Part shown: piece by piece, positions 8,124 to 14,042 of the stretch
Layout of the letters: each line of letters begins with the position of its first letter
How positions within the stretch are numbered: position 1 is the stretch's first letter
Virus record (IMG/VR): IMGVR_UViG_3300034130_000002
Span: 1 to 28,948 of that record
DNA: 28,948 nucleotides
Direction: 5' to 3' (one strand)
Origin: a virus
Taxonomy: Duplodnaviria > Caudoviricetes
Program-made: the position numbers and the translations under genes
Notes under the pieces: model-generated
Database searches by the model: none
Seen by the model: only the letters and a program-made list of their open reading frames with translations
Told to the model about the DNA's origin: nothing

Positions 8124-8185
8124 ATAGCTAGCAACGAACAACGGGGAGCGCGATCGTAGCGCTCCCCATTTCCGGAGGTAGAGGA

Positions 8186-8920
8186 ATGCGAACTTACGAA
8201 TACACAGGGCTCAAGGCATTGTGCGAGAGCTTGGAGCGGTGTGGGGAGATCCACGCCTACCGAGACATGAAATACACCAGCGGTGCAGACGCAGACCATC
8301 GGTGGGAGACGCTGACGACGCCGGGGGAGGGCATTCGCGTCATCGGCTACGGAGACTTGCAGCGCGGTACGGGCGGCTTAGGCACCGTCACGTGGGAGTG
8401 GATGTTCGAGCCGAAGTACATGACCTATTCCGATTACAGCGGCTCCACGGTGGAGCGCGCAAATTGCACAGAGTTCCTGGAGAGGTTCAAGGACGTGGAA
8501 GGCGTCTACGAGACGACGGGCGGGTACGGCACCAAGGGCGTGGCCATTTCGCTCTCCGCTATCACCGGCGAGATGATTGACCTGTTCGATGAATTGGACG
8601 GCTATCCGGTGATCGACGACGAGGCGCTTTCCGAGGTGGAAATGGAATTGGAGAGCGAGGACTGGGATTCGTGGATCAGCTACTATTTCAGGAAAGCGCT
8701 ACTGAAGAAGTTTATCCAGGACGAGGACGTTCCAGCCGACGTGCGTGAGGATCGGATCGACGCGATTACCGAGGACCAGCTTTACACGCTTTACCGCGAA
8801 CGATGCGACAAGACCGGCACCTATTGGGCCCCTGAGAGCGCGGTCGGCGGGCACGTGGACATTGACCGATTGGTGGAAGGCATGACCGTGGAAGATCTCC
8901 CCGAAGCGGAGGCGAAGTGA
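8186..8920 (+). CDS. Highly acidic hypothetical protein
   Basis: SDYSGSTVERAN and LDGYPVIDDEALSEVEME; RBS GGAGGT. Confidence 0.8.
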   Translation: MRTYEYTGLKALCESLERCGEIHAYRDMKYTSGADADHRWETLTTPGEGIRVIGYGDLQRGTGGLGTVTWEWMFEPKYMTYSDYSGSTVERANCTEFLERFKDVEGVYETTGGYGTKGVAISLSAITGEMIDLFDELDGYPVIDDEALSEVEMELESEDWDSWISYYFRKALLKKFIQDEDVPADVREDRIDAITEDQLYTLYRERCDKTGTYWAPESAVGGHVDIDRLVEGMTVEDLPEAEAK

Positions 8921-9294
8921 TGGCTTACGCGGCGATTCACCCCTTCTCACCAGTCACCAATGAGATGCGCAAGCTATTTGTGCGGCTTGTGCTGAAAACG
9001 GAGCCTGAGAGCACGCGCATCTGGACGATCTCCGGCACGGAACAGGCCAGGATTCGCAGAGATGGCAAGTTCTACCGCGAAGGGCGCTATGTGCTGAAAG
9101 CGGTAGCGAAGAAGTGGGCGCACGGCTTCCTAGCGGCGGGCATGTCATCGGCGAAAGATTCAGCACCGGAAGAGCGGTTTTATGTGAAAACGCCCGAGAT
9201 GATAGCACTCTCCACGAACCGCGCCACGCTTGCGGAGCTTTTCCCGGATGCGGAGGTCATGACCTGGCATTACGATAGTGGGGTGCCGGAATGA
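8920..9294 (+). CDS. Hypothetical protein
   Basis: TGATG overlap with the upstream stop; GGAGG upstream. Confidence 0.65.
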   Translation: MAYAAIHPFSPVTNEMRKLFVRLVLKTEPESTRIWTISGTEQARIRRDGKFYREGRYVLKAVAKKWAHGFLAAGMSSAKDSAPEERFYVKTPEMIALSTNRATLAELFPDAEVMTWHYDSGVPE

Positions 9295-9716
9295 CCGTGT
9301 TGATCGACTCTAACATGCGGTTTTACTTCATGGTATCCAACCGAAACGGCGTCATGCGTGTGATCGAGCGCGGATCGGCCGGCGGGGAGTACGTGCATAG
9401 CGTAGGGGACAAAAAATCCGCCACGTGTCTTATCCGGCGCAAGGCGGGCGAGGATGAGCTAATAGGCATCCGGCACCTCCATAGCGAAGATGCGGAAAAG
9501 CTCTTTTCCATAGCGGAGAACGTGAGCGGCGGGGATCTTTTGAAGTGTTGGACACGTGACCACGTGTGGAGAGTATCGGCGGAAGCGCAAGAGGTGATCA
9601 ACCGCGTGGTATGGATCGAAGACACGGTTGAGTATCTACGGGACCGCGCCGCGCAACGTCAAGCGCAAGCGCCAAAGTGGATCGAGCTTGCCAAGAGAAG
9701 GCGGGCGAAAAAATAA
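9291..9716 (+). CDS. Hypothetical protein, last gene of the + arm
   Basis: ATGA overlap; stop TAA at 9714-9716. Confidence 0.65.
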   Translation: MTVLIDSNMRFYFMVSNRNGVMRVIERGSAGGEYVHSVGDKKSATCLIRRKAGEDELIGIRHLHSEDAEKLFSIAENVSGGDLLKCWTRDHVWRVSAEAQEVINRVVWIEDTVEYLRDRAAQRQAQAPKWIELAKRRRAKK

Positions 9717-9735
9717 TTCTAGTGATCCGGTACGG

Positions 9736-9752
9736 GGGCCCCTTCGGGGCCC
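9736..9752 (+). terminator. GC-rich hairpin after the + arm (possible terminator or processing site)
   Basis: GGGCCCC-TTC-GGGGCCC; lacks a strong U tract. Confidence 0.4.
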
Positions 9753-9885
9753 TTGCCATGTACGTACCCATGGGGCGCGCGCCGGGAGTGCTACCCGGCC
9801 CATTCCATGTACCCATGGGAGCTAGGCCGGAGTTGAGATTTCGTCTCAATGGCCGGCGCTTCGGGCACCCTAGCGCTAGGTCAAT

Positions 9886-10115
9886 TTGCCCGATTGCCGG
9901 GGCGCTAGGGCATCGCCACGGCGTCAAAAGCCTAGCTTGGTAGATCCATAGCGGCGTAGTGACCTAGCGCCTTAGACGTTGAGAATGTGTCTCAATTAGC
10001 GCATGTTGCGACACGTTCTCATTATCTACGCTACTAGCTTGGTAGGGTGCTAGGGATCTACCAAGCTAGGACTATCGCGCCTTGGAGTACCCTTGGAGCC
10101 CCGGCAATCGGGCAA
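9886..10115. repeat. 230-bp gapless degenerate palindrome centred at 10000/10001
   Basis: Arm pairs 9886-9903/10098-10115 (18/18), 9931-9947/10054-10070 (17/17) and 9980-9995/10006-10021 (14/16) all share centre 10000.5. Confidence 0.93.
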
Positions 10116-10149
10116 TAAAAAGCCCGGCCCCGAGTGACCGGGGCCGGGC
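10116..10149 (-). terminator. Rho-independent terminator of the minus-strand block
   Basis: 11-bp stem GCCCGGCCCCG/CGGGGCCGGGC, 6-nt loop, then TTTTTA on the minus strand, 17 nt after the stop at 10167. Confidence 0.85.
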
Positions 10150-10166
10150 GGGTGGAGCGGGGCGAG

Positions 10167-10385
10167 TTAGGCGCGATAGTAGACGTTCAGACCCATGATC
10201 AAGGGCTCACCTTCGAGTTCGGCCCCGGTATCGATGTTCCCATGGGTGGACACGACGACCATGGTTTTTCCGCTCGCCGATGCGCGGGGCGTTTCGAGCG
10301 GGGCATTGATGATCAGACGGCCATTCTCCACGACGACGGAGAGGGGGGCGGACTTGGTTGCGGGCTTGGCGGGCTTGGTGGACAT
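10167..10385 (-). CDS. Small conserved hypothetical protein
   Basis: SASGKTMVVVSTHGN...GLNVY resembles a widespread uncharacterised small-protein family; RBS GAGGT. Confidence 0.8.
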   Translation of the reverse strand: MSTKPAKPATKSAPLSVVVENGRLIINAPLETPRASASGKTMVVVSTHGNIDTGAELEGEPLIMGLNVYYRA

Positions 10386-10461
10386 GGCGGAACCTCATGG
10401 GGAAGGATGGAAGCGTGGGACCGGCCCGCCCGATGACGGGCCGGGTATGGCGGGAACGGTA

Positions 10462-11280
10462 CTAGCGGCGAGCGCGGCGAGGTGCGGGTGCCGGGGCGGG
10501 CTTGGACTTGCGGCGAGGTGCCGGTTCGTCGTCGTCGTCGTCGTCGTCGCCTTCGTCCTCCACGGGGGCGGGCTTGGACTTGCGAGCGGGCTTGGCGGGC
10601 GCTTCTTCCTTCGGGTTGAGCGTGAAGCCAAGCTCACGGAGGAGCGCGGTAAAGCTCCGAAGCGTGGTCATTTCGGCGCATTCTTCGTACCGGGCCGGGA
10701 TAGACTCCCAAAGGATGGAAATATCCACGATCTCGTCCGCATCTTCGGCAATCTTGGCATCGATGTACCGGTAAAGCTTTGCCTTAGTGGCGCGATCCAT
10801 GACGGGCTTGGTAGCGGGGGCCGGGGCGAGCTTGCGCGCCTTGGCCTTGTCTTCGGCCTTCCGGGCGATGATGTCCGCTTGAACCTCGGCGAGTCTCCGG
10901 GCTTCCTTGGCGCTCGGCGCGGAAGCCGGAGTGGTGGGGCCATCGCGGAGTAATTCGGCGGCCTTGGCGGCCTTGGCGCGCGCCTTCGCCTTGCCGAGCG
11001 CGATTTCCGCGACCTTCACGGCTTCGCGGGCGGCGCCCGAGCGCGGGTGTTTCGTGGATTCGGCGGAGGCGGCATTGAACGCGACCACGGCGGCGGCTAG
11101 TCCGGACCCGGCCTTGATGGCGCGGAGATGTTCCGGGGACTCCACGGGTGCGGGGGCGGGCTTGGAGCGCTTGACCGGAGCCACGGGGGCCGGAGCGGGC
11201 TTGGAGCGCTTGACCGGAGCCACGGGAGCGGGAGCGGGGGCGGGGGCGGAGGACTTGCGGGGGGTTTGGACGGTTTTCAT
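10462..11280 (-). CDS. Ala/Pro/Lys-rich low-complexity protein with an acidic tract
   Basis: RBS AAAGGA; four SKPAP repeats; EDEGDDDDDDDE near the C-terminus. Confidence 0.75.
   Translation of the reverse strand: MKTVQTPRKSSAPAPAPAPVAPVKRSKPAPAPVAPVKRSKPAPAPVESPEHLRAIKAGSGLAAAVVAFNAASAESTKHPRSGAAREAVKVAEIALGKAKARAKAAKAAELLRDGPTTPASAPSAKEARRLAEVQADIIARKAEDKAKARKLAPAPATKPVMDRATKAKLYRYIDAKIAEDADEIVDISILWESIPARYEECAEMTTLRSFTALLRELGFTLNPKEEAPAKPARKSKPAPVEDEGDDDDDDDEPAPRRKSKPAPAPAPRRARR
11156..11226. repeat. Intragenic tandem repeat, 39-bp period (PVAPVKRSKPAPA x2)
   Basis: GCGGGCTTGGAGCGCTTGACCGGAGCCACGGG at 11156-11187 and 11195-11226. Confidence 0.9.
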
Positions 11281-11341
11281 GGCGTTCCTTTGTGCGCCCC
11301 ATTGGTGCGGGCGATAGTCCGGCGCACGGGCCGGAATGGCG

Positions 11342-11704
11342 TTAGAAATTCAAACGGATACCAAGACGGTAGTTTCGTTCCACGGTGCCTAACTCGATGC
11401 CGATCCACGCACATTGCCACGCGGTACGGAGCTTGCCCGCCGGGAGTATGTCGGTCACTACCGCATGGAGCGCGGCGGACGTGAAGAAGTACTCGTTGAT
11501 CGAGGCTTGGGTCGGGAACCGGCCAAGGATGGAATTTTCCTCATGCCACGGGCCGGCGTGGATGTTGGACGTTTGGCGGTAGTCAAGCACTAGCGCGGCG
11601 ATGAAAGCGCCTTCGATGACTTTGTCTTGGGCGCTCCATGGGTCACTCGCTATTGCGGGAGCGGCGAGGATGGCGGCGGCGAGGATGGCGGCGAGCTTGG
11701 ACAT
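11342..11704 (-). CDS. Secreted/envelope protein with signal peptide
   Basis: MSKLAAILAAAILAAPAIA|SDPW gives an AxA cleavage site; protein ends GIRLNF. Confidence 0.75.
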   Translation of the reverse strand: MSKLAAILAAAILAAPAIASDPWSAQDKVIEGAFIAALVLDYRQTSNIHAGPWHEENSILGRFPTQASINEYFFTSAALHAVVTDILPAGKLRTAWQCAWIGIELGTVERNYRLGIRLNF

Positions 11705-11714
11705 GGCGCGTGAC

Positions 11715-12065
11715 CTAGTGCGAAGTGTAGGCGGGACGGGTGCCGGTGAGATTGAAAAGCACCGAGCAAACGGTATCGATGGACGAAAGCACGGAGCCAT
11801 AGAGCGGGGAGTCTATACCGGGCCGCTCCTCCTCAAGCTCCGGACGGGAGAGGATGGACCGGGCCGCGCGGGAGGCTTCCCATGCCATGATGGCGTCGTC
11901 TTCGGCGGCGGTACCGGCCGCGTGAAGCGCGAGAACGCGAAGCGCTTCGGCAAGATCCACGGCGATTGCGCGGGCCGGGACGGGGCCACGGAGTAGCGCG
12001 GAATCAAGGTCAAAGGCGAGTGAAAGCGCTTTGGTTGCGGGGGGTGTGATTGACGACCTTATCAT
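11715..12065 (-). CDS. Hypothetical protein
   Basis: ATG at 12065 preceded by AAGGAGA. Confidence 0.65.
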   Translation of the reverse strand: MIRSSITPPATKALSLAFDLDSALLRGPVPARAIAVDLAEALRVLALHAAGTAAEDDAIMAWEASRAARSILSRPELEEERPGIDSPLYGSVLSSIDTVCSVLFNLTGTRPAYTSH

Positions 12066-12099
12066 GCCGGTCTCCTTCCACCCATGAGGGGTGAGCCAT

Positions 12100-12215
12100 A
12101 ATGAAAACATACTTATATTACTAAGTCAACAACTTTCTACAAATATTTATAGTAACTTAGCTAGTTATATAGTGTAATAGCTTTGTAGTTTATTAGAATA
12201 GTAGCCGTTTATAGA
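12100..12215. promoter_or_regulatory. AT-rich control region (promoter(s) for the minus block and/or unwinding element)
   Basis: Sharp AT island in GC-rich surroundings; TTGACT on the minus strand at 12129-12124; shares motifs with the 5981-6009 promoter. The exact -10 is not resolved. Confidence 0.55.
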
Positions 12216-12237
12216 GCGCGACCTTCTATATGTGCCA

Positions 12238-12318
12238 TGGGAGGTAGACATGGGGTGGGAGGTAGACATGGGGTGGGAGGTAGACATGGGGTGGGAGGTA
12301 GACATGAGGTGGGAGGTA
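12238..12318 (+). repeat. 18-bp tandem repeat TGGGAGGTAGACATGGGG x4.5
   Basis: Units start at 12238, 12256, 12274, 12292 (one G>A) and 12310 (partial). Confidence 0.95.
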
Positions 12319-12324
12319 CAAGCA

Positions 12325-12354
12325 CCGGCCCCGCGCATGGTGCCACGGGGCCGG
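12325..12354 (-). terminator. GC-rich hairpin downstream of the late operon
   Basis: CCGGCCCCG...CGGGGCCGG 9-bp stem, 19 nt beyond the stop at 12374; weak U tract. Confidence 0.45.
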
Positions 12355-12373
12355 GTATTCTAGTGATCGGTGA

Positions 12374-12814
12374 TCAGAGCTTCACTTCTTTGCCCTGAAG
12401 GAGCCACAACATGCCAGGGGAGATACGAAACACGGCATCACGGCGGAAAAGTGGTGATCCGCCCTTGTCCCACGCCATGGCAGCAAGCTCTGAGCAAAAC
12501 CAGCGCTTCGGGCTTGCCCAGTCTCGATGCACGATGAACGAGAGCAGCGCCATCCAATCGTACGGCTTGCCGACCTGCTGCTCAAGCCATGCGATCGCCA
12601 CGTCAGGCCGCGCGAGGTGAAAATCCACGGCCTGGATGGTGGTTTCGCACTTCTTCAGCGCGGCGAGCGTGGTTTTGTGCACGCGTGGTGACGTGGCCTC
12701 GTACACAGTCTCGTTATCCGGCGCGAGAATGGCCACGTGGCCCCATTTCGACCATGTGAGAGTGCGGATCGCCCACGAAAGAGGGGTGTTTGAGCTACAG
12801 AACAGGATTCTCAT
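12374..12814 (-). CDS. Permuted papain-like NlpC/P60 protein (YiiX/YebB-like)
   Basis: His before Cys: WSKWGHVAI...YEAT...VGKPYD...WFCSEL. Confidence 0.85.
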   Translation of the reverse strand: MRILFCSSNTPLSWAIRTLTWSKWGHVAILAPDNETVYEATSPRVHKTTLAALKKCETTIQAVDFHLARPDVAIAWLEQQVGKPYDWMALLSFIVHRDWASPKRWFCSELAAMAWDKGGSPLFRRDAVFRISPGMLWLLQGKEVKL

Positions 12815-13095
12815 TTGCCCTCCGCGTGGAAGATGTCCTTGACGATCAGGCCCCAGTAGAGAAGCGTCCCGGTGGTCAGCGTCTTGAACAGATCGAGATT
12901 TTCAGCCGGGATCGTCTTCGAGAAGAGGAACACCGCTTCCAAGATCAGAAGCACCGTCGCCCCAATCGCAATGTACACCGAGGCTTTGTTCATCGGATTC
13001 CGGTAAGGCGCACCAATGGGGCTCGGCGTAGGGATCTGGCCAGTAGGGGTCGGAGGGGTCGCCATTTCCACGACCGGGAAATCGTCTCTGTCCAT
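12811..13095 (-). CDS. Small two-TM membrane protein, holin candidate
   Basis: Hydrophobic ASVYIAIGATVLLILEAVFLF and LTTGTLLYWGLIV segments; lies near the endolysin; RBS AAGGAGGT. Confidence 0.55.
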   Translation of the reverse strand: MDRDDFPVVEMATPPTPTGQIPTPSPIGAPYRNPMNKASVYIAIGATVLLILEAVFLFSKTIPAENLDLFKTLTTGTLLYWGLIVKDIFHAEGK

Positions 13096-13106
13096 CGCAC
13101 ACCTCC

Positions 13107-13487
13107 TTAGTGCTTTCCCTCAATGGCAGACACCTCTGCGGTGACGGCGGCGGTGAGGGTGCTGCCGGCCGTCTTGATGTCGTTCTGAATCGCGGTGACG
13201 ATGGTGGCGATGAGGGTAGCGGCCTGGGTGCCGGTGAGCGAGACGGTGCTCGCCACAGCCGCGTCCAGGCTGGTGGCTATGGGCTTGAGGTCGGTTTCCA
13301 CCAGGGTAATGACCGGCAGAACGGCGTTCAGCGCCACTTCAGCGCTGGCCTGCACCACGCCAGTAGGGAGCGAGTCCACGACGATCAACGCTTCGTTGAT
13401 CCATGCGGAAGCCTTGGGGAGATCGGTGACGCCCTTGTCAGCGAGCTTGTCGAGCAGGGTAATAACGGAAGTCCACGAAAGAGACAT
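13107..13487 (-). CDS. Hypothetical amphipathic helical protein in the lysis region
   Basis: RBS AAGGAGG; Ala/Thr/Val/Leu-rich sequence. Confidence 0.7.
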   Translation of the reverse strand: MSLSWTSVITLLDKLADKGVTDLPKASAWINEALIVVDSLPTGVVQASAEVALNAVLPVITLVETDLKPIATSLDAAVASTVSLTGTQAATLIATIVTAIQNDIKTAGSTLTAAVTAEVSAIEGKH

Positions 13488-13531
13488 GATGCCCTCCTTG
13501 GGCGATGCTCCGTCACGTGACGGAGGATGTT

Positions 13532-14041
13532 CTAGGCAAAGTTAGTGTCCAGCGCACGCCTAAGCCAGCCGGTAAGGAACTTGGCTTGCGAAGGGTCGCG
13601 GTCCACGATGGCGCGGTAGTGTCCCTCTGCCGCCATGCAGAGAAGGTTGATGAGGTGCGCGGGCTCCGTGGCGTTGATGGCGCGTTCCGTGGCTGGGCCG
13701 TAGCGCCCGTCAATGGCTGCTCCGAGTATTCCCTGCACCATTTTGACCTCCGTGCCATCGCCAAAATTAACGCCGAGATCGAAGATCTTTGTAGCTGCGT
13801 TCTGATCAACGACGCCATCATAGCACCAAAAGCCAGCGTTGGCGTAGAATGTCGTCGTATTTTCGAGCGAAAGATCCGCCACATCTGCCGGAAGGCCAAG
13901 CTCAGGGTGCCGCAAGTTGAGGGATTCCAGACTCTTTTGCGTGATGCCGCGGTTGGTTTTTCCGCCTCTATCACCAGCAACGTTGCACAGCCCGCCTTCG
14001 TGGCGGAGAAGGAACGGCATCGCGGCTTCGATTGTAGCCAT
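13532..14041 (-). CDS. Endolysin, glycoside hydrolase family 108 with C-terminal peptidoglycan-binding domain
   Basis: HEGG...DRGGKTNRGIT, FDLGVNFG, DGRYGPAT, KFLTGWLRR; start MATIE at 14041 with GGAG. Confidence 0.9.
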   Translation of the reverse strand: MATIEAAMPFLLRHEGGLCNVAGDRGGKTNRGITQKSLESLNLRHPELGLPADVADLSLENTTTFYANAGFWCYDGVVDQNAATKIFDLGVNFGDGTEVKMVQGILGAAIDGRYGPATERAINATEPAHLINLLCMAAEGHYRAIVDRDPSQAKFLTGWLRRALDTNFA

Positions 14042-14042
14042 T

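Larger units (their letters stand above)
9716..12368. repeat. 12-bp direct repeat ATTCTAGTGATC at 9716-9727 and 12357-12368
   Basis: Read directly; each copy abuts the 3' end of a converging gene. Confidence 0.8.

Noticed and set aside
9598-9943. ORFs overlapping the palindrome region (9598-9927 -, 9677-9943 +, 9628-9825 +)
   Set aside because: No RBS, they overlap a better gene, and their sequence reflects GC-rich repeats.
9886-10115. MITE or IS element with terminal inverted repeats
   Set aside because: Symmetry runs in register through the whole element rather than only at the ends, there is no clear target duplication, and there is no transposase or second copy in the window.
12238-12318. 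CRISPR array
   Set aside because: The units are contiguous 18-mers with no unique spacers.
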